From: Candidatus Woesearchaeota archaeon B3_Woes | GTDB taxonomy: Archaea; Nanobdellota; Nanobdellia; Woesearchaeales; B3-WOES | Assembly: GCA_005222965.1 (NCBI GenBank) | Contig: NJBG01000001.1 | Coordinates: 82,323-146,322, forward strand | Direction: 5' to 3' | Length of the DNA stretch: 64,000 nt | In this document: piece by piece, positions 48,911-59,644 of the stretch | Layout: each line of letters opens with the position of its first letter | How positions within the stretch are numbered: the first letter of the stretch is position 1 | Program-made: the position numbers and the translations under genes | The notes under the pieces: generated by a model | What the model saw: only the letters and a program-made list of their open reading frames with translations | Databases searched by the model: none | Told to the model about the DNA's origin: nothing

Positions 48911-50068
48911 ATGATATATAACAACACAAATTTAAATAATAACTATTATTACTATCTAGTAATAAAACATTGGAGGTTTATTAAAATGATAGAACAAACA
49001 ATTAAACAAATTGAAACTGACAATATTTTTTTTGTAGCAGATATGCATGAATTAACTAAACCAAATGCAGATGCAAAAAGAATTTGGGAAAATATGCAAA
49101 AAAGAAGTCCCACAAATAGGGATCTAAAAGCCCTTTATGAAAATTCAGTTGACCCTTTAGTTAGTATTATTGAAGATTATGCGAATAATCCTTTCGAAAA
49201 TTGGTCAATAGGAAACTCTGAAAGAATCTTTGCAGCTTCTGTTGTTTCTCTAGGGGATATGGTTGCAAATAGAATTAATTTTGGTGAAGGAACAGAAAAG
49301 TCAGTTATAGGAAAAATGGCAAAAAAAGCTAGAGAATTAGGTGTCCCACAACACGAATATATTGCTGACAATTTTCATGAACAATTGGCAGAAGTTGAGG
49401 ATTGGGCATATAGAAATAGTTTCTGGACTGAGATGAGATTTGAAGCATTAAAACATTTACTTGGAGATAAATTAAGTTTATCAAGTTTTATACATATTAA
49501 TGGTAATGCTGATGCCATTTCAAGTTTCGTTACAAGAGATTTGTTAAATGCAGATTTTAAAAGTCCAAATGAGATTTACATAGATCTGAAAAATCAAAAT
49601 AATTTTCAAGGAGAGATTTACATTGATGAACCAGGGATAATTAGATTTGAAAAAGTAAGATGGTGTCGTGATGCTCCAGATCCAGATTTTGATGAAGATT
49701 TTGATTTTAAATTAGTAAAAGATATGGATAGTTATGGTGTAGATATAGCTTTAGCAATCCCTTATACTCTAAATTGGAATAAGCAACTTGGACATTTAGA
49801 TAAAATTAAGTTAAGTTCTGAAGAAGATATAAGATCTTCAATGTTATTAATACATGAACCACTTGATTATTCTGTATTCAATAGAAAAGAAAATGTAGAA
49901 GGAATGGCTACTTATAAGAAAGCAATAAGTCTTATGCCAGAAGATACAAAGATAATTCATGGACATACACATGCACAAGACATAGTTGAATATGGTTTTA
50001 ATGGAAATAAGGTTTACCAAATACCACCTAATTTAGGGGTTAAACATGAAATCCTAATTGGTATTTAA
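48911..50068 (+). CDS. metallophosphoesterase-like protein (start possibly 48986)
   Basis: ADMH, LGD, GNAD, IHEP, HGHTH calcineurin-like motifs. Confidence 0.7.
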   Translation: MIYNNTNLNNNYYYYLVIKHWRFIKMIEQTIKQIETDNIFFVADMHELTKPNADAKRIWENMQKRSPTNRDLKALYENSVDPLVSIIEDYANNPFENWSIGNSERIFAASVVSLGDMVANRINFGEGTEKSVIGKMAKKARELGVPQHEYIADNFHEQLAEVEDWAYRNSFWTEMRFEALKHLLGDKLSLSSFIHINGNADAISSFVTRDLLNADFKSPNEIYIDLKNQNNFQGEIYIDEPGIIRFEKVRWCRDAPDPDFDEDFDFKLVKDMDSYGVDIALAIPYTLNWNKQLGHLDKIKLSSEEDIRSSMLLIHEPLDYSVFNRKENVEGMATYKKAISLMPEDTKIIHGHTHAQDIVEYGFNGNKVYQIPPNLGVKHEILIGI

Positions 50069-50087
50069 GACAGTTTAGGAGTACTCA

Positions 50088-51119
50088 ATGAAATGGGAAT
50101 TAATAGCTCAAAGAGAGAACGAATTACTTAAGAACTGCTTACATTATGAAAGCTTGATAGAAGATTTTGTTAAGGTTTTTAAGTTACCATACTCTGATTT
50201 TCTAACTGCAAGGCACGGGATGTCTTATTCAATTTATCATAATAAAGTTTCATCTACAAAAATTGCTTTATTTGTTTTGAAAAAAATAAGAAAAAATCCT
50301 GATTTTATGAAAAACATGCATAAAAAAGGTAAAAGATATTTTGATAATCTTATTAATTTTTGTAAAGATCTATCAAACTTAAAAGTTAAAACCAATAAAG
50401 AACTATTAAGATTAATAGAAACATATTTCAGACTCTATAAAAAACCCTACCCTTATTTTATGATCACTGTAGAGGCAAGAGCTCTTGAAAAAAACAAAGA
50501 AAAGAATGTTAAAGAAGCAGTAAACTTAATGGCCAAATTAAGATTATATGGAAGAACCAGCTTTAATAAAACTCATGAACTTGCACTTCCTTTATTTGAA
50601 GAAATTGCAAAGAGATTTAACACAACATCATATGAATTAAAATTTTTAACTCCTCATGAAATAAGAGGATTATTGTTAGGAAAAGAAATAGACATAAAAA
50701 ATATAATTAAAAATAGGCAGAAATGTTTTTTTATTCATTTCAATGGTGAATTCAGGTTTTTGGAAAATGCTTCTTTAACAATTGAGGAAGAAGTTGAAGA
50801 TGTTATTAAAGGACAAGGAGCCTTCCATGGAAATTACAAAGGAAAAGTAAAATTAATTAAAGATATTAGCGATGTGAACGCCCTTAAGAAAGGAGATGTT
50901 CTAGTTACACAGATGACTACAACAGACTTAATAACAGATAATATAAAAAAAGCAGGTGCTATAATAACAGATGAAGGAGGCATAACCTGTCACGCTGCCA
51001 TATTAAGCAGAGAATTCAAGATTCCTGCTTTAATTGGAACTAAAATAGCTACTAAAATTCTTAAAGATGGTGATATTGTTCAAATAGATACAAAAAAAGG
51101 AATAGCAAATAAAATTTAA
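50088..51119 (+). CDS. PEP-utilising enzyme mobile-domain protein
   Basis: C-terminal GDVLVTQMT, TDEGGITCHAAILSRE (phospho-His); no ATP-grasp domain recognised. Confidence 0.85.
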   Translation: MKWELIAQRENELLKNCLHYESLIEDFVKVFKLPYSDFLTARHGMSYSIYHNKVSSTKIALFVLKKIRKNPDFMKNMHKKGKRYFDNLINFCKDLSNLKVKTNKELLRLIETYFRLYKKPYPYFMITVEARALEKNKEKNVKEAVNLMAKLRLYGRTSFNKTHELALPLFEEIAKRFNTTSYELKFLTPHEIRGLLLGKEIDIKNIIKNRQKCFFIHFNGEFRFLENASLTIEEEVEDVIKGQGAFHGNYKGKVKLIKDISDVNALKKGDVLVTQMTTTDLITDNIKKAGAIITDEGGITCHAAILSREFKIPALIGTKIATKILKDGDIVQIDTKKGIANKI

Positions 51120-51589
51120 GTAAAGCTTCCTACAAACTTTCCTAAATAATTAGTTATTAAAATAACAACAATAGTAATAACTAAATGCTCCAAAACAACT
51201 CTAGATGGTTTTAAATTTTGTTCTTTAGCGATATAAATACTAAAAATAGTTATCAGAAAAAGACCCCAAATAACACTAATAATAACAGCAGTAGAAAGAC
51301 TAAACAACAAAACAGGTATAATAAATGTCAATGCAAAAACAAGTTTAGACAAAAAAGTTGAAATTGTAGATTCCCAAATCTCTTTTTTAGAATGTTTCAT
51401 TTCAAATTCTTCAGAAATATGTATTCCTAGGGCATCTGAAAGAGCATCTGCAACAGCTATCACAATAATACCACCAATAACTACAATAGCTGAATGAGTA
51501 CTGGAATTTAAACCAACCATTAAGCCTAGAGTAGTGATAATTCCTGATGTTAATCCAAAACCAAAACCCTTTCTTATAGAGGTTTTCAT
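51116..51589 (-). CDS. VIT1/CCC1-like membrane transporter
   Basis: GFGLTSGIITTLGL, ADALSDALGIHISEE. Confidence 0.75.
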   Translation of the reverse strand: MKTSIRKGFGFGLTSGIITTLGLMVGLNSSTHSAIVVIGGIIVIAVADALSDALGIHISEEFEMKHSKKEIWESTISTFLSKLVFALTFIIPVLLFSLSTAVIISVIWGLFLITIFSIYIAKEQNLKPSRVVLEHLVITIVVILITNYLGKFVGSFT

Positions 51590-51634
51590 AAATAATTAAA
51601 ATGATTAAATCATTTAAATAACTTTAGAAAAAAA

Positions 51635-54600
51635 TTATTTATTTCTTATAATTACTGCACCTACTGCAAATATTACTAATCCAAGGATTAAAACAATTAA
51701 AATACTAAGTAATATCATATATTCAAAAGTATCTGTGAATTTTGTTTTTGGGACTGTTGGTTCTGGTTCTGTAACAACTGGTTCTTCTGTTATTGTAACT
51801 TCTTCCTGTTCGGGTTCCACAACGCCAGGCATTTTACACTCGGCTTTTGTTAAGTATAATGTTTCAGTTATTTCTTCATCATCATACTCTGCTCTAACAT
51901 TTATTATATAAGTTCCTTCAGCTAAATTACTTGGAGCAGTAAAAGCTTCACCAATTGTTGCTTTATACTCGTCTCTATCATATGCTTTTAACTCAACAAC
52001 CTGAGTACTACTTATCTCTAATTCATTACTAGATATAGATAATTCAACATCTTCATCTTTTTTACCAATATCTTTTAAACCAACAACAATATCAAAACTA
52101 TCATAACATGAGATTGTTGAAGGACTTACTACTGCTGAAGATATAATCACTTCATGACTCTTTCTTTCTATCTCTATTGTTTCTGATTGATGTAATGTGC
52201 ACTGTTCTACTCCATCATCATCCTTTCCACAAGCCTCTACATAAACAGTATATTCATCTCCGTCTTTTGCATCTGTAGGCATCTTAAATGTGAATGTAAA
52301 TTCTTCTTCATCTCCTTCATCTAAATCAAAATCTTCGTCATCTTTTAGTTTATCATTATCTTCATCCTTAACAACATCGCCATCTTCATCTAATAGTTTT
52401 ATTTCAAGCTCAATATCTTCAATATCTAAATCACCATCATTTTCAACTTCAACTACAATTTCTACTATTTCATCTGGTTTTGGATTATCCTCATCTACAT
52501 CAACATCCTTTATTTGTAAAACTCCTGTTCCAGCAGGTGGTGGAGTTTCTGGTTCACTATCTGTCCTTACCTTGTAAGAGCTAAATCCTGTTACATTAAA
52601 TACAACTGTTCCTGAACCAGTTGGATAATCTGTAAAACTAATTAATGTGCATGATGTACACTCTGTTATAATCTCATCAGGGTTTGTTGTAAATTCATCA
52701 CTGAAATAGATTACTGGTTCCTGGTTATATGTCAAACTAGATAATGTTATTGTTGTATTAGGTATATCAAACATATCTAACACACCAGAATCAATTGAAA
52801 CAATAGTTTTTTCTATTTTAACAAAATCATCAATATTAACAATATCCTTAAGATTGATTACTGCATCTCCAAAATCAATTTTTCCATGACTGTTTTCTAT
52901 TGTTAAACCTGTGAAGTTTGCAACGTTTTCTTCAGTAACATCTTGGATTGTACCACCAAAAGTTGTTATTGGAACTGTACTAACTTCAATACTCCATGAA
53001 GCACTATCAAATATATCTGTTGAATTTTGAACCTCAACTAAAACTTCATAAGTTCCAGCTGTTGTTTCAACAAATGTAAATGAATCTCCAGAGCCTTTTT
53101 CAATTGCATTAACAAACCATTTTATAGTTGGGGATATGTTGTCTGGATCAATAACATTAACACTTAAATCTTGGTCAACTCCATCTCCAATTAATAAGCT
53201 TCCTTCTGCAGGATTTGTATCATTTATATAAGGTATATCATCAAGTTTTTGATTTACATTTACTGTTATATTTTGTTCAGCATCTGCTTGTCCATCACTA
53301 ACAACAAAAGTTATTTCTTCAGAACCAAACCAGTCTTGATCAAATGTTGAGATTGTAGCTACATTATCTCCTGAAATTTCTACTTTTATATTTTGGTTAT
53401 TAGCAACACTCCATGTTAATTCGTCGCCATCAACATCAAATCCATAATTATCTAAGTCAATTGAGTCATCATCTTCACCTTCATCAAATTCTACACCAGG
53501 TATTGTAGCATTGATAACAGGTGGATCATTCTTTTCTAAAACTTCAACATTAAATTGTTCAAAAACATCCCCTACACTCATGTTTATAACTGAAATTCCA
53601 AATAAATCATCTAATGGAGTTCCACAACTAAATATACCGTTGCTTGTAACATTACAGTTAATTAAACTATCATTCTCTCCAACAATTTCATAAACCACTC
53701 CTGTTGTATTTCCAAAAGTATAATTCTTTAAATCAATCGGTGACCATGATGGAGATTCACTCTCATTAACCTTAAGAACACTGTTCAATGTACTAACATC
53801 AAGGCAAGCTTCAACATTAACCTCAATAGAATCTTCTATTGTGTATCTTGGAAGGCCTCCCCTATACTTTATTACTATATCATATGTAATATCGGAATCA
53901 CCAAGAGCAAGTACATCAAAATCAAATTCTTTCTGTTCTGCCCTTATTAGCTCATAATCTGTTTCACCAATCAAAGTCTCTCCGTCATAGACTGAAATAG
54001 TTACTTCTTCATCCCAGTCACCAGTATTAGCTAATGTCAATAGTAAGGTTGTATCTCTATCACAAGTCAAATCATCTTTTGACCATTCCATACCAATTAA
54101 TTCTACTCTATGGAAATCCCTATCAACATTGAAGTTAATTGTTTTCTCACTCCAATAGTCGTTTTCAATAAGGTCTTCTCCTATTACCTCTAAATCAAGA
54201 GTAAATGAAGGCTCTAATGTATCGTAAGGTATATCAAAACTAAGAATAATTGTCTCTGTCTCCTGACCCTCAAGGTTAAATTCCTCACTGTCTGATCCAA
54301 ACCCAAAAGGACTTAATTCAGTAGAAGATATAATCTCAATAATCTCATTATCTACCTCTGCAGGAAATCTATTCAAAATAGTATACTCTACATCAAGAGT
54401 ATGGCCTGGTTTAATCCCATCAATAGTATCTCCATCTTCAACTGATTGTCCATCAATTGTAATATCAACAATATCAAGAACAGGAAGTACTGTTAAATTA
54501 AACTCCCGTGTTGTGAAATTTGATCCTTGGTCTGTTACTTTTATTTCAACTAATTTTAAGCCAAAATGAGTAGCGTTTGGTGTCCATCTAAATTCTCCTG

Positions 54601-56410
54601 TAGATCTATTAATTGTAGCACCACCAGGGTTAGTAGTAATAAAAAATTCTAAAGCACTTACATTACTATCAATATCATGTGCATCTGCATCATAAACATA
54701 TTCAATAGCTTCAATTGCTGTTAAGTTTGGTTTTGTGGTAAAATAAGGTGCGTCATTAACATTATTAACAATAACTGTAACATTTACAGTCGAAGAAGCA
54801 TCTCCTTCATCAGTAGCTGTTAATGTAATATTCCTTTCACCATACCAATCTTCATCAGCTGATATATTTAATACATGAGTTTCGTCATCAATATCAATAT
54901 TAAGATTTGCTGTATTTCCTCCAACACTCCATGAAATATTTTCATCTGCTGACTCTACATCACCAACAAAAAGGTCTAAATCATAATCATCAAAATATTC
55001 TTCTTCATCAAATTCAATATCCCCTATTGGATCAATAACAGGTATATCATTAACAGGATATACTATCAAAGTAAAATTCTGCATATCAAAATCTGTAGCA
55101 TCTTCTACTTTTACAGATATATTCCAGTAGCCAACTTCAGCATCATCTGGTGTAAAGTTTATAAGCCCTGTAATAGGATCAATAACCATTCCAGGTGCAT
55201 TTTCAAGTAAAGAATAAGTTAATGTATCATTCTCAACATCTGTTGCTTCAACATCATAAAGATATGTATCTTCTTCATCCACTTCAACAGGAGCAGGTGA
55301 AATAATAGTGGGTGCATCATTAACTGGAGTTACTTCAATACCAACCACTTCTTCAATTGACCCATAACCATCATCTATAAGTATAGTACAGTTTGTCATA
55401 CCATTCCAATTATCTGTAGCATTCATCAAAAGGAATGTCTCATTTACTATCTCACAATCTACTTCATTTTCTTCAAGCACACTATAAGTAATATCATCTC
55501 CATCAGGATCAAAAACCTCCTCGCTAAGGTTTCTCTCAACAGAAGAGTCTTCATTTACTAAATAAAAGAACAAACTAAAATCAGCCTCAGGCAACCTATT
55601 ATTAGTTGCATTGAATGTGCAAGGACCTTTATGGAAATCATCTGAATCTATATTTGTATCAATACCATCATGAATCCTAAATACACATTCATCACTAGGA
55701 TCAGTTGAATAGCCATCGGGTGCGTTATCTGTTGTATTACCATCATCATAATTTCCATAAGTAACTTGATCAATGATTTCTCCTAAATTATCATAAAGAA
55801 CTAGCATGCCGTTATTACTCTGTGAACCGCTTGGATTTAAAATAATAAGGTGGTCTCTTGAAGGGATTACTCCTTCTAATAACTCAGTTGCATTAGAGCC
55901 ATCAATTAAAGATAAATTCCAATTAGTAATATTTATATTATGCATAGTTGGATTGTACAGTTCAAACCATTCATCAGCAACACCAATAGCACTATTATTA
56001 TCCCAGTCTGTTCGAGGCTTAACAACAAATTCATTAATCACAACCGTAGTATAAGCAGTCAAGTTTAAATGAGTAATACTAGTATCATTATATATTGCTG
56101 TTTGATCCGCCTCAACTCCATTAATTTTAAATGTAACAGTATAACCCCCATAAGAAGAATTTCCATTAATAACCATGCCACTATTCCAACCTTCTTGAGT
56201 TAGGTTATGGGTGCCATCAGCTACGCTTGGATCATCATCATTTTGAATAAAAGCCTCAATTAATGTCCCAACAGAAGCATTTACACCATTATACATAACA
56301 GTCCCAGTTAAAATCATTGGTGGTAGCAGTTGTCCATAAACAACTGAAGCTAAAGAAATAGTGAATAATAATAAAATTAACACAATACTTTTTTTAAAGT
56401 TTTTAGTCAT
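51635..56410 (-). CDS. 1591-aa cell-surface protein (lamin-tail domain, cadherin/Ig-like repeats, CARDB, C-terminal TM)
   Basis: Signal peptide, VVINE...DEWFELYN (LTD), repeated VNDAP, C-terminal TM. Confidence 0.85.
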   Translation of the reverse strand: MTKNFKKSIVLILLLFTISLASVVYGQLLPPMILTGTVMYNGVNASVGTLIEAFIQNDDDPSVADGTHNLTQEGWNSGMVINGNSSYGGYTVTFKINGVEADQTAIYNDTSITHLNLTAYTTVVINEFVVKPRTDWDNNSAIGVADEWFELYNPTMHNINITNWNLSLIDGSNATELLEGVIPSRDHLIILNPSGSQSNNGMLVLYDNLGEIIDQVTYGNYDDGNTTDNAPDGYSTDPSDECVFRIHDGIDTNIDSDDFHKGPCTFNATNNRLPEADFSLFFYLVNEDSSVERNLSEEVFDPDGDDITYSVLEENEVDCEIVNETFLLMNATDNWNGMTNCTILIDDGYGSIEEVVGIEVTPVNDAPTIISPAPVEVDEEDTYLYDVEATDVENDTLTYSLLENAPGMVIDPITGLINFTPDDAEVGYWNISVKVEDATDFDMQNFTLIVYPVNDIPVIDPIGDIEFDEEEYFDDYDLDLFVGDVESADENISWSVGGNTANLNIDIDDETHVLNISADEDWYGERNITLTATDEGDASSTVNVTVIVNNVNDAPYFTTKPNLTAIEAIEYVYDADAHDIDSNVSALEFFITTNPGGATINRSTGEFRWTPNATHFGLKLVEIKVTDQGSNFTTREFNLTVLPVLDIVDITIDGQSVEDGDTIDGIKPGHTLDVEYTILNRFPAEVDNEIIEIISSTELSPFGFGSDSEEFNLEGQETETIILSFDIPYDTLEPSFTLDLEVIGEDLIENDYWSEKTINFNVDRDFHRVELIGMEWSKDDLTCDRDTTLLLTLANTGDWDEEVTISVYDGETLIGETDYELIRAEQKEFDFDVLALGDSDITYDIVIKYRGGLPRYTIEDSIEVNVEACLDVSTLNSVLKVNESESPSWSPIDLKNYTFGNTTGVVYEIVGENDSLINCNVTSNGIFSCGTPLDDLFGISVINMSVGDVFEQFNVEVLEKNDPPVINATIPGVEFDEGEDDDSIDLDNYGFDVDGDELTWSVANNQNIKVEISGDNVATISTFDQDWFGSEEITFVVSDGQADAEQNITVNVNQKLDDIPYINDTNPAEGSLLIGDGVDQDLSVNVIDPDNISPTIKWFVNAIEKGSGDSFTFVETTAGTYEVLVEVQNSTDIFDSASWSIEVSTVPITTFGGTIQDVTEENVANFTGLTIENSHGKIDFGDAVINLKDIVNIDDFVKIEKTIVSIDSGVLDMFDIPNTTITLSSLTYNQEPVIYFSDEFTTNPDEIITECTSCTLISFTDYPTGSGTVVFNVTGFSSYKVRTDSEPETPPPAGTGVLQIKDVDVDEDNPKPDEIVEIVVEVENDGDLDIEDIELEIKLLDEDGDVVKDEDNDKLKDDEDFDLDEGDEEEFTFTFKMPTDAKDGDEYTVYVEACGKDDDGVEQCTLHQSETIEIERKSHEVIISSAVVSPSTISCYDSFDIVVGLKDIGKKDEDVELSISSNELEISSTQVVELKAYDRDEYKATIGEAFTAPSNLAEGTYIINVRAEYDDEEITETLYLTKAECKMPGVVEPEQEEVTITEEPVVTEPEPTVPKTKFTDTFEYMILLSILIVLILGLVIFAVGAVIIRNK

Positions 56411-56634
56411 CTAATTACCCCCAATTAAACCTTGTCCCATCACCCCTTTTTCTTTTGTAACTACTTGAAAATAGCAATTAGTATTTAAACCTTTTGGTTA
56501 TTTCGGCTTTGCACATAAATGAAATTTTGCATATTTATTATAGTCTTTTGCACAAAAATCAATTTCCAAAACATTTATATATTTAGTCGTATAATAATAA
56601 TGCGTTGAAAAGATAGATAAAATAATGTTTAGTG

Positions 56635-56811
56635 ATGAAGATGGTCGTGATTCAGGTTTCCAAGGCGGATAGTGAGAAGGTATTTACAATCCTATCCAAT
56701 AATGGACGTTTTACAGAATTATCAGATAATAGATTCGGTATAATAGATAATGAAGAAGATGTTCTAAAGAAACTTGACGAGGCAAACGTAAAATATAAAA
56801 AAGTGGTATGA
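56635..56811 (+). CDS. small hypothetical protein (58 aa, missed by ORF track)
   Basis: MKMVVIQVSKADSEKVFTILSNNGRF...KYKKVV; ends 6 nt before next gene. Confidence 0.55.
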   Translation: MKMVVIQVSKADSEKVFTILSNNGRFTELSDNRFGIIDNEEDVLKKLDEANVKYKKVV

Positions 56812-56817
56812 TTCTAT

Positions 56818-57141
56818 ATGAAACTTTACAGCATCTTTCTACCAAAAACCTATAATAATAAAAAACCAATTCCGACCAAAAAAATTAGAAGAATAACTAA
56901 GGAAATAAGAGAGAAATTTGGTTCATATTCTGCAGACCCTTATGCCAAATTGCCTATAATTGAAGGCACATGGACATCAAAAACAAAAAAACTATTCAAT
57001 GAAACTATGACGTGTGTCCAAGTTTTCACTGAAGACACTTATAAAACTCAAAGATGGTTTAAAGCAAAAAAAGAGACTTGGGCACAAGAGCTTGATCAAG
57101 AAGTATTATTTATAATCGAACAGCATGCAGAGATATTATAA
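56818..57141 (+). CDS. hypothetical protein (PII/DUF3574-like pattern)
   Basis: IFLPKTYN...FG......GTW...QEVLFI. Confidence 0.6.
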   Translation: MKLYSIFLPKTYNNKKPIPTKKIRRITKEIREKFGSYSADPYAKLPIIEGTWTSKTKKLFNETMTCVQVFTEDTYKTQRWFKAKKETWAQELDQEVLFIIEQHAEIL

Positions 57142-57159
57142 TATATTTCTTCACCTTTA

Positions 57160-57336
57160 ATGAATTTATCTAAAATGAAACTCTCCTATTATTCTTACAT
57201 AGGCTATGGCTTCCTTGTAGCCACTGTATTTGGTTTGGGTTGGTATGGAATAAAAGATTATAGAGTTCAAGGGTTGTTCATTCTAACTGTTTGTTTTTTA
57301 TTGGTTGATGTTATAAAGTATTATAGAAATAAGTAA
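57160..57336 (+). CDS. small two-TM protein (58 aa, missed by ORF track)
   Basis: Hand translation MNLSKMKLSYYSYIGYGFLVATVFGLGW...FLLVDVIKYYRNK. Confidence 0.4.
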   Translation: MNLSKMKLSYYSYIGYGFLVATVFGLGWYGIKDYRVQGLFILTVCFLLVDVIKYYRNK

Positions 57337-57417
57337 TTCTTTATTTATGTGCAATTCATTACATAGTTTTGCACAAAAAAGAGAATCTTTTTAAATATAT
57401 AAAGAATAAAGACTATT

Positions 57418-57999
57418 ATGTCCACAGATGAAAACATTAATAAAAAATTAACCCCTGTATTAGAAAAATATAGGGAATCTTTCTCTAATAAAGTTATAGA
57501 AGAAGGAAAGACTGATTCTGATATATTGATGGAAGTATTTAATATTACTCATGAGGAAAAGATTCAAAATAAGCAATATTGGGGAAGAGAACTTGGTAAG
57601 TGTTGGGAACGTTTAGTTCAATCTGTATTTTCTGAACGAAAAGATTATAGTTCAGGTATAAAAGAAGGATCTGATGAAATTTGTGATTGTGTTATTGGTA
57701 ACATGGCTATTGAAGCAAAATATAGGGTTGGTTCTGGAGATTCTGGTACTTTAAAAAAATTTAAACAATATGCACAAAGATTAAAAGATAAAGGGCTTGA
57801 TCCGATAATGATTTTTTTGAGAGAAGATAATCTTCCGGCAGCTATAACAGCATGTAGAAATGGAGGTTGGACAATCATAATGGGGGATGAGTGTTTTAAG
57901 TTTATTGAAAAAGAATCTAATTTTGATTTAAAGGTAGCATTAAAATCTCTTAAAGGAAAATATGATATAAAAAAGAAAAAACAAATTACTCTTTTTTGA
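57418..57999 (+). CDS. type II restriction endonuclease (PD-(D/E)xK)
   Basis: ELGKCWE, ICDCV..MAIEAK catalytic pattern; convergent with and overlapping an MTase. Confidence 0.75.
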   Translation: MSTDENINKKLTPVLEKYRESFSNKVIEEGKTDSDILMEVFNITHEEKIQNKQYWGRELGKCWERLVQSVFSERKDYSSGIKEGSDEICDCVIGNMAIEAKYRVGSGDSGTLKKFKQYAQRLKDKGLDPIMIFLREDNLPAAITACRNGGWTIIMGDECFKFIEKESNFDLKVALKSLKGKYDIKKKKQITLF

Positions 58000-59347
58000 G
58001 AACAATCATTCTATCATAATCAATTTTATCGGCAAAAGACACATTTCTGTCAATATTCATACTCCTCTGTTTTAGAATTATTTGAAATTGTTTCTCTTTT
58101 TTGAATCCAACAGATTCAGCTATCTTTGATAGAAATAGTGATGTTGGAACAAAAACTTTTCTGATATTATTATCACCAATAACTATACAATATCTTCCAC
58201 CATTTTTCAAAACTTTATACGCTTCTTCAAAATGTTTTTTCATATCTAAAAAATATTTATAAGTAACCCTCGACCTTAATTTACTTTGCGTATTAGAATC
58301 GTATGCATTATATATTTCTTCGATAATTTTATCTGTTTCATCGATTCCTATTTGACCTAGTATAGAATATTCTTTTTTTGGTATCCTCTCTGTACCAATC
58401 TCATAATTATATAAATTTAATCTATCTTGATCGCTTTTAACTAAATCTAACCAATGCACCCTTAACCTATTAGCCCAAATATAATCCATTGCATTAATGT
58501 ATGGTGGAGATGTCACTATTAGATCAACCTTATCAATATCTTCTGGTAAATTTATTTCTCTAGCGTCATTTCCAATTATTTTTGCAAAATTAGATATGTT
58601 TTGTTCTTTAGAGAACTCAGAAATATATTCTATATATTTTTCTGAGAAAGACGAAAACAAATCAATAGTATCATTCTCTGAAAGTTGTTTTATATTTCTC
58701 CAATCTTTCCTCCTAGCCGTTAACATTTGTCCGGGTGCAATATAAGATGATTTTCTAACAGCCATAGAAAAAGATACTAAGAAAAAGTCTCTAATATCTT
58801 TATCTTCTATTTTATTTACATATTTTTTTATCTTAGCTAATCCTCTAATAACATTTTCATTAAACCAAAAATCAACTCCTCTAAAATTAGGTATTGGTAA
58901 ATCAGAACTAGAATCGTTTTTGATATTATCCATCAATGAGTTATATTTAGATCGTAATTTGTTTTCTTCGATTGATGTTGATTTTACTTTGCTAACTAAT
59001 CTAGCGTAAGGATTATAATCAATACCTAAACAATTTCTTTTTAACTTCTTTGCTTCTATAAAAGTTGTTCCTCCGCCTATAAAAGGGTCTAAAATAATAT
59101 CGTTTTCTTTAGAAAAATTTTTAATTGCCCACCTTGGTAACTCAGGTATATATTTACAAGGATATAATGCTATATTATGTACGTCTCTTTTGCTTTCTCT
59201 AAAAATACTTAAATAAGCATCATCTTCAATATTCAAAGGAATATCTCCATATATTTTCTTGAGAGTTATTTCTCTTCCATTATCATTATGAACTTCTTGT
59301 TTTTGTTTTATATGTGAAGAAAATTCACCTAGATTTTTTTGTTGCAT
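57986..59347 (-). CDS. DNA methyltransferase, probably N4-cytosine
   Basis: DPFIGGGTT (motif I) before VTSPPY (motif IV). Confidence 0.9.
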   Translation of the reverse strand: MQQKNLGEFSSHIKQKQEVHNDNGREITLKKIYGDIPLNIEDDAYLSIFRESKRDVHNIALYPCKYIPELPRWAIKNFSKENDIILDPFIGGGTTFIEAKKLKRNCLGIDYNPYARLVSKVKSTSIEENKLRSKYNSLMDNIKNDSSSDLPIPNFRGVDFWFNENVIRGLAKIKKYVNKIEDKDIRDFFLVSFSMAVRKSSYIAPGQMLTARRKDWRNIKQLSENDTIDLFSSFSEKYIEYISEFSKEQNISNFAKIIGNDAREINLPEDIDKVDLIVTSPPYINAMDYIWANRLRVHWLDLVKSDQDRLNLYNYEIGTERIPKKEYSILGQIGIDETDKIIEEIYNAYDSNTQSKLRSRVTYKYFLDMKKHFEEAYKVLKNGGRYCIVIGDNNIRKVFVPTSLFLSKIAESVGFKKEKQFQIILKQRSMNIDRNVSFADKIDYDRMIVLKKE

Positions 59348-59350
59348 TTT

Positions 59351-59602
59351 TTAATTTTGTATTTTCATTCCTTTAAATCCTTCTTCAGGATTCTTTAACT
59401 TATATAACCTTTTTCTACTATCTTTATCATCAATATTAACTTCCAACCAACCAGCCTTTCTTAAATCTGAAAAGAAAACATTAATACCTGCATCGTCTTT
59501 CAAAGCTTTTTTAGCCTGTTCAAAAGTAAACTCTTTATCTTTAAATTTATTCCAGAGAATTGCGTATCGTATTTGGATCCATTTAGGGAGGGGTTTTGTC
59601 AT
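59351..59602 (-). CDS. small wHTH protein upstream of the MTase (possible R-M regulator)
   Basis: FTFEQAKKAL...FFSDLRKAGWL...DSRKRLYKL winged-helix pattern. Confidence 0.65.
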   Translation of the reverse strand: MTKPLPKWIQIRYAILWNKFKDKEFTFEQAKKALKDDAGINVFFSDLRKAGWLEVNIDDKDSRKRLYKLKNPEEGFKGMKIQN

Positions 59603-59644
59603 AAGTAAATAGCTTATATATTAAGTATTTAAAAGTTTCTGTTT

